A stretch of 64,000 nt of DNA from Octopus bimaculoides (lineage: Eukaryota). The translations under genes and the position numbers were made by a program. Each line of letters begins with the position of its first letter. Within the stretch, counting starts at the first letter, position 1. A model generated the notes under the pieces. That model saw only the letters and a list, made by a program, of their open reading frames with translations. It did no database searches and was not told where the DNA came from. The stretch lies in contig NC_068990.1 in NCBI RefSeq assembly GCF_001194135.2, positions 33,716,105 through 33,780,104 on the forward strand, in the 5' to 3' direction. Shown here one piece after another: positions 1-12,889 of the stretch.

Positions 1-135
1 GGACAAACAAGGACAGACAAAGGGATTAAGTCGATCACATCGACCCCAGTGCGTAACTGGTTCATATTTAATTGATCCCGAAAAGATGAAAGGCAAAGTC
101 AACCTTGATGAAATTTGAACTCAGAACCTAAAGAC
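1..135 (-). mobile_element. SINE family A, long-tail subfamily, partial (3' end outside window)
   Basis: Shares the body gaccc-cgaaaggatgaaaggcaaagtc-gaatttgaactcagaac with more than 15 other copies; B-box GAGTTCAAAT on the minus strand. Confidence 0.85.
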
Positions 136-185
136 AATGATATATAGTATACTGTAATAACTATTACATATCATTAATTTGCTGT

Positions 186-316
186 TATATGGTTTATATC
201 TGTGATATCACATCTGTCATATGATGTCACATGATGTCATATCTGTCGTATGATGTCATATGGTTTATATCTGTGATGTCACATCTGTCATATGGTTTTA
301 TATCTGTGATGTCATA
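186..316. repeat. Degenerate minisatellite of about 33 bp (tatggtttatatctgtgatgtcacatctgtca)
   Basis: Three to four visible copies plus sub-repeats. Confidence 0.8.
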
Positions 317-770
317 TACTTCCAACAGACTTTTTTTTCTCTATTATGATCATATCTAGTCTCCATGTCTTAGTACAAGAAAAATACATAATCACACTAC
401 AGGTAATTTCCAGCTTATCACTAGAATATTTTACGTACAAGTATCTAATTAAACTGCCAAATACCTCTTTCCCATCCTCTTGTCTCTTATGCATTCCTAA
501 AATGATATCTTGCTATAGTTCATATGCTAAATTATTGAAAGCTTTCACTACTTTACCACAGACAACATTATATAGCTGGCTCCTGTTAATTCTTATGCTA
601 ACAAGCTTTCTTCACTGTCTTATCTTCCAGCTATAGAAAGTTCCTTCTTTAATCCTTCATCTCTCAGCAAAATCCAATGTACTCTTGTATATCTTCTGAT
701 TGCTTGACAAACAATCTAACACATTTTGCTTTCCAGCTTTCAATCCTCGCTTTTTCTATTTGTCTCTAAT
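310..770 (-). mobile_element. Decayed R4/Dong-like non-LTR retrotransposon, C-terminal RLE region
   Basis: Minus-strand translation across stops and frameshifts gives RIESWKAK, WILLRDEGLKKE and RLDMIIIEKKK, matching the region leading into the PD-(D/E)xK domain seen intact at 34.7-35.2 kb. Confidence 0.55.
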
Positions 771-1266
771 CTATTTCCACTTCTACATATTCACTATTTA
801 TCTAAACCACCCTAAACACACACACACACTCAGATACATACACACTTTACCTAACATTCATCTCCATTCATATAATTGACAAAGCTATCCCTGTTTCTTA
901 CATATTCATAATTGTGTTAATATTTACCATCTAAAATTGTGTGAATAAATCTTTGGTGTAGACGAAACAATGAATCTGCAGGATTCCTTTTTGATGGCTT
1001 CTGTGTGTGCTAACACATGTATCTGTGTTTGAGAGAAAGAACGCACAGTAACTATTGATTTGTGCTGCCGTTTGTTGTTATTCTTATTATTTCCTTCTAT
1101 CTTTGTATTTTCTTCCTAGAGAGAAAGAGAAGTGGGGGTGTTGTATGAATGCTATTTAAAAGTATTAGCATTCACCCTTTCTGATTTGAATAAAAAACCA
1201 GGTATTTAATACCTTACTCACAATCTCAGTTAATGCTAATGTTCTCATTGCTAGAGGAGGCTATAA

Positions 1267-1482
1267 GGTGGCGAGCTGGCAGAATTGTTAGCACACTGGG
1301 CAAAATGCTTAGCTGTATTTTGTCTGCCGCTAAATTCTGAGTTCAAATTCCATCAGGGTTGACTTTGCCTTTTATCCTTTCAGGCTTGATAAAATAAGTA
1401 CCAGTTAAGTACTGGGGTTGATGAAATTGACTATTCTCCTCCCCCAAGTTTCAGGCCTTGTGCTTCTAGTAGAAAGGATTAT
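1267..1482 (+). mobile_element. SINE family A (short ATT-tail subfamily), full length with TSD
   Basis: Head ggtggcgagctggcagaa, B-box gagttcaaattcc, tail aggattat; flanked by tagaggaggct(a/g)ta on both sides. Confidence 0.9.
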
Positions 1483-1539
1483 TAGAGGAGGCTGTAGCTG
1501 TATTCCTGACACAACAAACTACTTTCTCTCCTTCAAAGG

Positions 1540-1640
1540 TTACTTGAGATGAAAATGTTTCAGTTCATATGTATGTCTGTAGATGAACAGAAGGACCGTT
1601 TTTATGAAGCCCTGTTTCAATAACAGATGATATCTTCATT
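1540..1640 (+). mobile_element. Possible RTE apurinic-endonuclease fragment
   Basis: Translates SVDEQKDRFYEAL, similar to the xxEEKDxFYxxL motif of RTE endonucleases; short and decayed. Confidence 0.35.
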
Positions 1641-1690
1641 ACCACACCTGGCACAGAGATGGTTAACAGAGTGAAACTGGTAGTTTTGAA

Positions 1691-1910
1691 CCCTTTAGCA
1701 TTCAGGTTTCTTTGTCAAATGTAATACTTATTTATTCACATTGTTTTGAATTAATCATGCATGATTTTGTAAATTCAAGATTTCAATGGAGTGTTTGTCT
1801 ACTTTTATAATGACATTTTAGGGTAGGTGTGAGAGGTTGGATCACATCAGTTTTAACATAAACCAAGTATAATATTTGGGCTGGATATGGCAAGATTAAA
1901 TGCTAAAGGG
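1691..1910. mobile_element. piggyBac-type MITE
   Basis: TIRs ccctttagcatt / aatgctaaaggg with degenerate TTAA flanks (tgaa / ctaa); second copy at 6864-7083. Confidence 0.75.
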
Positions 1911-2391
1911 CTAAGGGGGAAACCTGCCAAGGGCTTGCAATAACCACTAAACCTGCGGCCACTGCACAGTTCAAGCTAAATGTAAGATGACATGGTGGTA
2001 GAACAATATCATAGACAATCACATAATGGTAAAGAGAGATGCTTAGAAGAGAGAGAGAGAGAGGGCAACAGAGTAAAATATTAGCCAAAAAAAGGAAGCT
2101 ATGTAGCAAGGAAAGAGGCAGAAAAGGAGAAGTTTGTACATGTTCTGCAGTATGAGATTCTCTGCATTACTAGACAGTGTATTAGAGAAAATGAAGATAC
2201 ACTGGGGAGAAGAAGATATAGAATGATAATGGCCCACTTGCTCTTATTGGTGCTCATAGCATGCAAAACCATGTGCAGGTATGAATTATTTCACCTGTCC
2301 ATGACTCTAAGGTGCTTTAACACTCAGAACTTTGAGAAAGTATTTTCCACAAGGCCAATAGCAGCCTACCAGCAAATACACAGTGTATTCT

Positions 2392-2638
2392 TTTATTCTT
2401 TTCTTTTACTTGTTTCAGTCATTTGACTGTGGCCATGCTGGAGCACCGCCTTTAGTCGAGTAAATCAACCCCAGGACTTATTCTTTGTGAGCCTAGTACT
2501 TATTCTATCGGTTTCTTTTGTCGAACACACCAGCATTGGTTGTTAAGTGATGTTGGGGGGACAAACACAGACACACAAACTTATACACACACATGCATAT
2601 ATATAAACTTATGAACATACATATAAACTTATACACAC

Positions 2639-2687
<49 letters not shown>

Positions 2688-3000
2688 NNNNNNNNNNNNN
2701 NNNNNNNNNNNNNNNNNNNNNNNNNNNNNNNNNNNNNNNNNNNNNNNNNNNNNNNNNNNNNNNNNNNNNNNNNNNNNNNNNNNNNNNNNNNNNNNNNNNN
2801 NNNNNNNNNNNNNNNNNNNNNNNNNNNNNNNNNNNNNNNNNNNNNNNNNNNNNCTTTCAGTTTCTGTCTACCAAATCCACTCACAAGGCTTTGGTCAGCC
2901 CGAGGCTATAGTAGAAGACACTTGCCCAAGGTGCCACGCAGTGGGACTGAACCCAGAACCATGTGATAGGGAAGCAAGCTACTTACCACACAGCTACTCC
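2392..3000 (-). mobile_element. SINE family B (tRNA head, internal TA/CA microsatellite), spans a gap
   Basis: Minus-strand head with A-box-like gctgtgtggtaag and B-box-like ggttcagtccc, core ccttgggcaagtgtctt, tail gactgaaacaagtaaaag. Confidence 0.9.
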
Positions 3001-3236
3001 TGCGCCTATATATATATTTTTTTTCAAATGAATCACGTCATAACCTTATCCATCTATTGTTTTCATACTCTGTCCTAATGTCTTACGTTTAAGATGATTC
3101 CCATGCTTTCCCCGATGAGAAGGTTACAATTTTAATATCACAGAACCCTATGGATCACATAGGTTGTAATCCTTTGAAACATATGTAGGAATAAATATGC
3201 AATTATAACATGCGTCTTCTCCATTCCTTAAATTTT

Positions 3237-3280
<44 letters not shown>

Positions 3281-3282
3281 TA

Positions 3283-3440
3283 TATACGACGTGCTTCTTT
3301 CAGTTTCCGTCTACCAAATCCACTCACAAGACTTTGGTCAGCCTGAGTCTATAGTAGAAAACACTTGCCCAGGGTGCCACGCAGTGGGACTGAACCTGGA
3401 ACCATGTGGTTTGTAAGCAAGCTACTTACCACACAGCCAC
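3283..3440 (-). mobile_element. SINE family B, 5' half
   Basis: Aligns with 2854-3000. Confidence 0.85.
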
Positions 3441-3867
3441 TCGTGCATTAAGCATACGTGGTTGACAATATTTATTACACTGGTGCTGCTTCTATTTCAT
3501 ATTTGAATTTATTCTTATGTATGCATTGTCTGGCCATACCTGAACATGGTTCTTTCTGTCTGTCACAAGCATAGAAGTGGACAGGCGAAATGATTCTCCT
3601 CTGATCTTGGTCAAGTATGTGATGTTGACAAGCCACAAAAATGGCAAAACATCGATGTCCATCACTCCTATATGGGACTGGCGGTGAGTAACCGTGCCTG
3701 TCCATGATTCTAAGGTGCCTTAACACCCGATGCTTTGAGAAAGTATTCTCCACTGTGCCAATAGCAACTTACTGGCATATACACGATGTGTATCTGTTAA
3801 GTATATGTGATCGACAGTCTTTTACACTAGTGCTGTTTCCACTTCATATATGTTGGTATGTATATAT

Positions 3868-4540
3868 TCTTTTATTCGTTTCAGTCATTTGACTGTGGCC
3901 AAGCTGGAGCACGACCTTAAAGGATTTTAGTCAAACAAATCAACCCCAGGACTTATTTTTTAAGCCTAGCACTTATTCATTCTATCGGTCTCTTATGTCA
4001 AACTGCCAAGTTACAGGGACACAAACACACCAACACTGGTTGTTAAGTGGTGATGGGGGACAAATACAGACACACACATATCTACCTCTCTATCTATCTG
4101 TCTATCTATCTATCTATATATATATATGTGACAGGCTTGTTTCAGTTTCTTATTTCTTTATTGCCCACAAGGGGCTAAACACAGAAGGGACAAACAAGGA
4201 CAGACAAAGGGATTAAGTCGATTACATCGACCCCAGTGCATAACTGGTACTTATTTAATCGACCCCGAAAGGATGAAAGGCAAAGTTGACTTGGCAGAAT
4301 TTGAACTCGGAACGTAGCAGCAGACGAAATACTGCTAAGCATTTCGGCCAGAGCGCTAACGTTTCTGCCAGCTCGCCGCCTTTCAGGCTTCTTTCAGTTT
4401 CTGCCAACCAAATCCACCCACAAGGTTTTAATCAGCCCAAGGCTGTAGCAGAATACACTCGCTTTAGATGCCATGCAGTTAGACTGAACCCAGAAACAAT
4501 GTGGCTGGGAAGGAAATTTCTTACCACACAGCCACACCTG
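3868..4540 (-). mobile_element. SINE family B interrupted by a family A insertion
   Basis: Tail half 3868-4149, head half 4384-4540, duplicated caggctt(g/c)tttcagtttc at the junctions. Confidence 0.85.
4150..4380 (-). mobile_element. SINE family A (long-tail subfamily) nested in family B
   Basis: Complete head (gccagctcgccgcc on plus) to tail (ttatttctttattgccc); 18-bp TSD. Confidence 0.9.
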
Positions 4541-4922
4541 CAACTTTGAAATTTGAAATATTTGTCACAGTTTATTTTCTCTATCCTTATTCTACTTAAT
4601 CATTTTGATGTATAAGAAACAAGTCAATACCCACATATGGAGATGGTTTCTCAGTGTCATGCATCTTCAACGAACAAATATTGTTAGTGTGAACTCATTA
4701 AAAAAACGTTTGCAAGAAAATCAGTTTTGCTGTGGATCCTCAACAATGGTATTAGGTAATTCCAATATATTTTGGGGTTTTGTATGACAGCAGCGAATAT
4801 AATAAAACTGATATATTTCTAAAAGAATAGGAATCAGAAAAACTAGTAAAGACTGAAGTAAATCATAAATACTATTTTATTAAAAGAAAACCTGATCAAA
4901 AGATTTAGATATATCCCTAAAA

Positions 4923-5012
4923 GTGTATATATATATATATATATGGTCACATATGCACACTAACATGCACACATATGTATACACGTATATATATATACAT
5001 ATGTATTCACAC

Positions 5013-5104
<92 letters not shown>

Positions 5105-5350
5105 GTACACACACATGTACACACACACACGTGCACGCATATACAAATACATATGTACATATATATCTGTTTGTGTGTCTATGTATATGTGTGTACGTAT
5201 ATATATATATAATTATAGACTCACACATACGCAAGGTACATTTACAGATACACAAAAACAGATACAGGTACATATCGATACTAATGTTCCGGCGCACATG
5301 CACACTTATCTATGCACACATGCACACATGCACTCACACACTCACACACT
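4923..5350. repeat. Compound (TA)n/(CA)n microsatellite
   Basis: Long TA run at about 5020-5094 with degenerate CA/TA flanks; source of several spurious ORFs. Confidence 0.95.
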
Positions 5351-6863
5351 CCTGCAGACCTATCCACAAATATTCTGAAAAATGAGAATAATTAGGATCT
5401 TAAAAATAAACAGTATCAGCAGGTGTCATAGAATTTAGGGTGTATCAAAGAGTTAAGCTGTAATTATCCAGTTTTTATGCTGGTTCAGGACAATGGAGAT
5501 ATTTCTGCAACAGCATTCTTATTTTAGCCTCAATACAACATCTAAAAGTAGATGTAGTGAAAGACTGCTTTTATAGGTTAGCGCAATTAACTAAAAGGAA
5601 TCTTAAAGCCAGTCATTGACGAAGCAATCATTTCCTGCAAACACAACTTCCCTTTGATGCCAACACACAAAGGACTGAATCTGTGGAAATATTTCCAAAG
5701 ACAGACAAGTCAAGCGTTTTCACATGCACACATTGCCTCCCTTTCTTTCTCACCATAATCAATACTCCCTCACACTACCAGATCTACCTACACAGCTCTT
5801 ATACCAAACAAGCTGAGCAGATTATTCTGTTAAATGCAAACAGAAACACACTTTTGCTTTTATGAATAACTGGATTGTGAATGATTTATGTAACAACATC
5901 AAAAGATTAATATGAGCAACATGTATGCGTGTGTGTGTACATACATACACATATATATATATACATATAGATAGATAAGTAGATAGATAGAGAGAGAGAG
6001 AGAGAGGGGGGGAGAAGACAAGAGGGTTTGAGAGAAAAGTAGATGGATAAAAAGGTGTCTTATGTAGGAAAATTGAAATTTAGTTTCACTTTCTGAATAG
6101 TCTTTTTTCAAATGCTTTCAAAAGAAAGGAACTTGAAATGCTGTTGTGGCTTTTCCATTCCAGAGAAACAAAATGAAACTTGGAGTGTTATAGTGATTCT
6201 ATGGTTCCACAAAAACAATATTTCAAATGAAACATACCAAGTAATGGCCCTCAATTATAAACTAAACACACACTTAGAATTTAAATGCTTTCATGTCCAC
6301 TTCTTTTATGAAATACATAGCCTACATGTTTTGTTTAATTTTGGAAATATATTTGGATTACTATTTCATTATCAACTGAGTATTTGTCACTTAACTTGAA
6401 TAAGTTCTTACGTGGAATTAAGATCTCAAAGGTTTTAGCTAAAATATACTTTAAAAGGTGGGGATGGTCTCAACTGGATTGGTACCAAAAGGATCAAATA
6501 TATGGAAGTTTGTTTATGGGAAAGTTAAGGAAAATAATATAGAAACCAAACGTAGATATATATGAAAAAGATGCAGTGCAACAGAATAATAACTGACCAA
6601 ATGGTAGGGTGACAAAAATAGCACCGAGCTAAACAGTCTATGTTTAGATATTAAGGAAAGAAAAATATATAGCATTAGAAATTAAAGAACACAAGAACAG
6701 CCTAAGACAGAAAAAAAAAACTGATTCAATGTTTAGGATTGTAGTGCTGACAGGTCCAACATATAAGCTGACCAATGTGTCCATGTGAGTTAAACCTTAT
6801 TGACCAGCTGATATTCTACTTTAATTGTAGCTTTAATATTCTAAGATCCAACATCAACACGTA

Positions 6864-7083
6864 CCCCTTAGCATTCAGATTACTCTGTCAAATATGATGC
6901 TTATTTATTCACACAGTTTTGTATTAATTGCGTATTATCTCATAGCTTTGAGATTTTGAGGATATAATTGTTTATTTTTAGAATGACATCGTAGGATCAG
7001 TGTGAAAGGCTGGATTTAAACAGTTTGAACATAAAACAGATAGAATGTTTGGGCTTGATATGGCTGATTTAAATGTTAAAGTG
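6864..7083. mobile_element. piggyBac-type MITE, second copy
   Basis: Colinear with 1691-1910; right end followed by TTAA. Confidence 0.75.
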
Positions 7084-7429
7084 TTAAGGCCTGTATAAAA
7101 CTGATTGGAACAAATTTAGCAGTTATATTGAGCAAATCAACTAACAATATCGATCAAGTCATTTGCCTATTATGGAAGATTTCCATCAGATTGTTAACTG
7201 AAAGTTTAAATCCACACGAGTCAATATGAATTTACCATTAACACAGCAAAATTGAATTAGCATCCGAAATAAAAGTTCTATGAATCAAAAGTAAAATCCA
7301 AGTAAGAATATTGTGTTAGAAGATTGTTAGGAAAATAAAAGTAAAATCTTCAAAAAAAAAAAAAAAAANNNNNNNNNNGGGGGGGGGTGGAGATTTAAGC
7401 ATAAGAAAGGTAGAAGTTAAACAAATGTA

Positions 7430-7580
7430 AAATGACATCAAATTTAAATATCGTGACATCATAGTTAAATTATTATATTGAGATCATAGAGAAACACAGA
7501 GACACCATAGTTAAATATCATAAAGATAACATAGTTAAATATCATAGTGACATCATAGTCAAATGTAATGACATTATAAA
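7430..7580. repeat. Degenerate minisatellite of about 22 bp (catagttaaatatcatagtgacat)
   Basis: catagttaaat recurs about four times. Confidence 0.7.
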
Positions 7581-8387
7581 TGTTCTATCAAATACAGTAA
7601 TGTCATAAATAGATCGGAAACCAAAGGTATACTAACTGATTTATAAAACTTCTGAAGAACACGTTATGTTAGTAATAAAAGTTAGGCCATCTGTAGTAGT
7701 GGATATTTCTGGAAGTTTAACCAGATAATTACCTATCACAGTTAAATATTCACTAAATTAATTACGCCACATTTAAACTATTTATCTGCTACATCAATTT
7801 TCCCTTTACCTAATATATCTGGTGAACACACATGATGACATGAAACTGGAAAATCATTTAATTTAGTAAAACATTAAAACCAAACTGATAAATTAAACCA
7901 GTCTAATGATTGCACAATCATCAAGAACACCATCACTACCATCACCACCACCATCAACTGCTACTACCACTGCCGCCATCACCTTCACCATTGCATTTCT
8001 GTCAAGATTGGTTCATCTGGGTCCACCAAAATGAAACTATTTTAAATGAAACAGGTTAATATTGTTATGAGGTTTTCTCTTCCAGAGTATGTATAATTAA
8101 TTGAGAGAAATGATTTAATCTTTTCTGCAATAGTTAAATCCTGGCATACATATTAACTCACACATCGTTTAGCCACAGAGATTAAACATTACTAACTTCT
8201 GATGGAATCTTTAAACTTTATGTCTGACATGAAGTGAAAAAAGAAATATGGTAAAGGAGAAAGAAGAAATGTGATTCCATGTTTGCACAGTGAGATAACA
8301 GCAAGAATTCAGGATTAATTATAAGAGAAGGGGGAGACATATAAATCTCAAAAAGCAGTAACAACAACAACAACAACAATTCCCTTT

Positions 8388-8977
8388 TTCTCTCTTTTAC
8401 TTGTTTCAGTCATTTGATTGTGGCCATGCTGAAGCACTGCCTTTAGTTGAGCAAATCGACCCCAGGACTTATTCTTTGTAAGCCTAGCACTTATTCTATC
8501 AGGCTCTTTTGCCGAACTGCTAAGTTACGGGGGCGTAAACACAACAGCATCGGTTGTAAGCGATGTTGGGGGGACAAACACAGACACACAAACATATACA
8601 CACACACAAACATATACACACACACATTCATATATATATANNNNNNNNNNNNNNNNNNNNNNNNNNNNNNNNNNNNNNNNNNNNNNNNNNNNNNNNNNNN
8701 NNNNNNNNNNNNNNNNNNNNNNNNNNNNNNNNNNNNNNNNNNNNNNNNNNNNNNNNNNNNNNNNNNNNNNNNNNNNNNNNNNNNNNNNNNNNNNNNNNNN
8801 NNNNNNNNNNNNNNNCATATATACAACGAGCTTCTTTCAGTTTCCGTCTATCAAATCCACTCACAAGGCTTTGGTCGGCCTGAGGCTATAGTAGAAGACA
8901 CTTGCCCAAGGTGCCATGCAGTGGGACTGAACCCAGAACCATGTGGTTTGTAAGCAAGCTACTTACCACACAGCCAC
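8388..8977 (-). mobile_element. SINE family B, full length, gap in its internal microsatellite
   Basis: Colinear with 45290-45695. Confidence 0.9.
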
Positions 8978-9013
8978 TCCTACATCTATTATTAATTCTA
9001 CTTTTTTTTTTTT

Positions 9014-9228
9014 TGGTGGTGAGCTGGCAGAATTGTTAGTGCGCTGAGCAAAATGCTTATCGGCATTTGTTCTGTCTGTATGTTCTGAGTTCAAGATCCA
9101 CCAAGGTCGACTTTGCCTTTCATCCTTTCGGGGTCGATAAATTAAATACCAGTTGCGTACTGGGATCGATGTAGTCAACTTACTCCCTTTCTCAAATTTC
9201 AGGGTTTGTGCCTTCAGTAGAAAGGATT
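9014..9228 (+). mobile_element. SINE family A (ATT tail) with TSD attattaattcta
   Basis: Head, B-box and tail present; duplication at about 8988-9000 and 9227-9239. Confidence 0.9.
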
Positions 9229-9239
9229 ATTAATTCTAA

Positions 9240-9620
9240 TTTTAACCCAAGGCCAGCAATTTTGAGGGGTATGCTAATCAGTTCTATTGACTCATGTGCT
9301 TAAATGGTACTTATTGTATTGACCCTGAAAGGATGAAAGGTAAAGTAAATCACTGCAGAATTTGAACTCAGAACATTTGGTCCATTGCCTTAATAGTAAT
9401 AATAACTGTTTCTAATTTAGGCACCGGGCCAGAAGTTATGAGAACATGGCACTAGGTGAGACCATTGACTCAAGTTCTTGATTGGTGCTTTATTTTATTG
9501 ACCTTGGCGAGATTAAAGCGAAGTCAGCCTAGGCAGGTTTTGAACTCACACCATAACGAACCAGAACAGATACTGCAAAGCACATTTTTCTGACACTTTA
9601 ATGAATCTGCCAGTTTGTCA
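9240..9620 (-). mobile_element. Two older diverged family A copies in tandem
   Basis: gaccctgaaaggatgaaagg-gaatttgaactcagaac, and a second tttgaactcac-ctgccag copy. Confidence 0.6.
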
Positions 9621-9649
9621 CATGATGATGACAATGATGATGATGATGA

Positions 9650-10070
9650 TGTCAGAAAGATAAACTAAATAATATATGCAGCAATTATAGTCATAAAAGA
9701 AACTGGATACTCCCTCAGATCTACTTGAAGAGGGATATAAAAAAGAACCAAGCTAAGAACACGCAGAAAAGGTTAGAATGTAGTAGGAAAAAGATCATTC
9801 ACTCCTTAATGAAATCAATAATGAAAAGCAAGACACATGTGAAAAACAAAAGACAACTACAGCTAAAAACAAAAAAATTCAAAAATAAAAAACAGAACCT
9901 GGAATATGAGCTCTTTGAACAAAACAAACAGCTTGATTCAAATCCAAACTGATTTTGTCAAGAATTAGATACAAGTGAGATGGAATTAAATGCAGCATTA
10001 ACAGCAAAGGAAGTAGAAGAATTTAGAGAAAGAGTATGGGCAGCAAAGGAGTCGACAGAATGTTTTAAGC
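9650..10070 (+). mobile_element. Decayed R4/Dong-like ORF fragment (region upstream of RT)
   Basis: Translates LNNIYAAIIV, ELFEQNKQLDSNPN*FCQELD and EVEEFRERVW, resembling the QNxLFxxNxKxFYxEL / EVExFWxxIW segment of RLE-clade elements. Confidence 0.5.
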
Positions 10071-10080
10071 AAGGTGTAGG

Positions 10081-10208
10081 CATGGCTGTGTGGTAAGAAA
10101 TTTGCTTCCAAACCACATGGTTCAAGGTTCAGTCCTACTGTGTGGCCAAAGCCCCAAGATATCCCAAACCTTGTGAATGGATTTGGTAGATGGAAACTGA
10201 AAGAAGTC

Positions 10209-10212
<4 letters not shown>
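10081..10212 (+). mobile_element. SINE family B, 5' part
   Basis: catggctgtgtggtaag through gaaactgaaagaag. Confidence 0.8.
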
Positions 10213-10248
<36 letters not shown>

Positions 10249-10508
10249 GATGTTTGGTTTAACGGTTAGGGTGTTTCAATCATGATTGAAAGATCATGGG
10301 TTCAGCTCCCAGACTGTGCAGCACATTGTGTTCTTGAACAAAACACATAATTTTACATTGCTCCAGTTCCTCTTTCAAAAAGGTGAGGAATGTTGAACTG
10401 CATGCCTAGTCAGCAGGGTGGAGTCATTCAAAGACTAAAACGATGCAAAGTGCATCGTGACCAGCGATGTATAACAGCTTCTGATAGTTTGGTCAATCAC
10501 ATGGTCAT

Positions 10509-10574
<66 letters not shown>

Positions 10575-10589
10575 TATTTATATATGGGT

Positions 10590-10760
10590 GTGTATTCTTT
10601 TATTCTTTTACTTGTTTCAATCATTTGACTGTGGGCATGCTGGAGCAACAACCTTTAGTCGAACAAATCGCCCCCAGGGCTTATTTTTTGTAAGCCTAGT
10701 ACTTATTATATTGGTCCCTTTTGCTGAACTGCTAATTTACAGGGACATAAACACAGGGAT
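10590..10760 (-). mobile_element. SINE family B, 3' part
   Basis: cttttacttgtttcaatcatttgactgtgg-aagcctagtacttatt. Confidence 0.8.
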
Positions 10761-10965
10761 GTAAACTCTGCTTGCAAAGACTTGTTGAGGCAAGTGAAAT
10801 CGAAATCAAATTCAATGACTGGCATCTGTGCTAGTGGAGCGCTAAGAGCACTATCCGAGTGTGATTGTTGCCAGAGCAGCTGACTGGCTTCCATGCCGGT
10901 GGCACGTAAAAGGCACCATTTGAGAGTGATCATTACCAGTGTTGCTTTACTGGCACTTGTGTCTT
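10755..10965 (+). mobile_element. RTE LINE 3' UTR fragment
   Basis: Shares gaggcaagtgaaatcgaa and gccggtggcacgtaaaa with 58200-58545. Confidence 0.65.
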
Positions 10966-11607
10966 TTTCTTTTTCTCTGTCACATGACTTTGTAAATAAA
11001 CAATCCAGTGTGTTTATTTTAATGGCCTATCAATGTATACAGTATGTTTCTCTGCCCTAGATGTCAAGAAGACACTCGACCAGAAATGGAAACAGAATTG
11101 AAATAAAACGCTAATGAAAATAATGACAATGTCTTTTATTTGCCACAGGGGAATCAGATGAAGGAGATATTATAAAGAGAAGGCATATGTGTTTGGCGGG
11201 TGGGGCTACATAAACTCAGATACACAAAAATGAAAAGAAGATGAAATGAAATAAAAAAATATACATTATGTACAAGCATATCGATGATACATTCCTGATA
11301 CAGGAGGACTTTCATGATGAGCAGAAAGGAACTCCACAGATCCCAATTCATCCTGACCCCCAAAGTCAGGTGCTACCTCCAAATGTTACCCTCTGACCTG
11401 AATACTTAGAGTAGTTCTAGACGTTATTTTCAACAGTTACTTACCTTTAGATAAATTTACAAGAAAGCAGTTTCCTCTTGAAAGTCAATTTTCTCTCGGA
11501 GAGGAACTTGTAAAAAATAAATAACTGTTTCTATCATGGATTCAAGGCCTGAAATTTGGGACCAAGAATAATCAATTATTTTGCCCCTGATGCTGAGCAA
11601 AAGATAA

Positions 11608-11900
11608 AGGCCCACTTCAGTCATGAATGACCATGAGATTGCATCTAGAAGGTTACCCTCCAAGGCACAAGTGTGGGCAAAGTTGTTTATGGAAGACCAG
11701 CAGTCACCTATGCATACCAGCCTCTCCTCTCCATACCACTGATGTTATCCAAGGGAAAGCCAAAGGCTGTTACAGCTTGGCACCAGTGATATCGCATCTC
11801 ATTTCTACAGCTGAGTGAACTGTAGCAACATGAAATAAAGTGTCTTGCTCAAGAACACAATACACAACCTAGTCTGGGAATCGCTACTTCATGATTGTGA
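11608..11900 (-). mobile_element. tRNA-derived SINE family D
   Basis: Minus strand tgtgttcttgagcaagacactttatttcatgttgctacagttcactcagctg; related heads at 10260-10370 and 22450-22560. Confidence 0.7.
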
Positions 11901-12129
11901 ACCCAATGCTCTAAGTACTTCATTTTATTGACTTCAAAGAGACAAAAGGCAAAGTGACCTAAACAGGATTTGAATTCAGAATCTAAAGAACCACAAGAAA
12001 TGCAAAGCATTTTGTCTGACACGAGACACCCTGGCTTAATGGGATGCAAGAATTGCACCAGTTCCAGCATTTGGTCCTCAGAAAAGGAGAGGTTGGTAAA
12101 AAAAACAAAAAAACATGCCAAGCTCACTA

Positions 12130-12545
12130 TCTTCATTTTTGGTCATGAACGTTGGGTAATGACTGAAAGAGTACAATCACAAATACAAGTGATCCAAATG
12201 GGATTCCTCTGAAGGATGTCTGGGATAATGTTACTTGACAGGGTGTATAGCTTGGAGATCAGGACATCTCTCCAAGTTCAGCTGGCTACTTCTCTATATT
12301 GAGAGGTCCCAGCTTTGATACTATAGTCATGTGATTAGAATGTTACAAGAAAGAATTGCAAAATGGGTTCTTCAGTCTGAGCCAACTGGCAGGCGACCTA
12401 AGGGTAGACCAAAAATAAGATTGTTGAATAATATTCATAGTCTCAGCTGGTCACGCTTGGGAATCTAGCTGGAAAATCTAATGATTGTTGCTTCTGATAA
12501 GATCCTTTTGGAAGAGAAGCCAGAGGGCTCTATCCTCACAACCCT
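12130..12545 (+). mobile_element. RTE-clade LINE C-terminal fragment (second family)
   Basis: FGHERWVMTERVQSQ then, after a frameshift, IERSQL*YYSHVIRM-EPTGRRPKGRPK, the typical RTE WxGHVxRM / GxRxxGRP end. Confidence 0.8.
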
Positions 12546-12889
12546 ACAGAGAATAGTGGGCAGAGATGGTGGATGGATGGAGAAGGATGGACAGATGGAT
12601 AGATGGAGACAAAACAAAGATGAAATGCAAAAGAAAACATCATATAAGAAACTGTAAGATATTTACATAGAATAAAAGAGATAAACAACAACAAAGACAA
12701 ACTAATAGATAGGTAACAATATACAACAACATAACAAAAAAAGATCTTGCAAATGGTGAGATTAACCATACATGGTGATTCATACAATCTTTCACACAAC
12801 CTTGGTTTTTCCATGAAACATTAAAAGAAATATCTTCTCCCTTTTCTTGCCACCAGCCTAAAGCCACAAATGTAGGACTTTATTAACAC

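Noticed and set aside
1120-1201. Plus-strand 82-nt open exon-like segment
   Set aside because: Moderate donor, no homology and no compatible partner exon.
4880-5385. Long overlapping ORFs rich in YI/HT/CV (also at 40.4-40.8, 50.6-51.0 and 60.6-61.4 kb)
   Set aside because: They are translations of dinucleotide microsatellites or N gaps.
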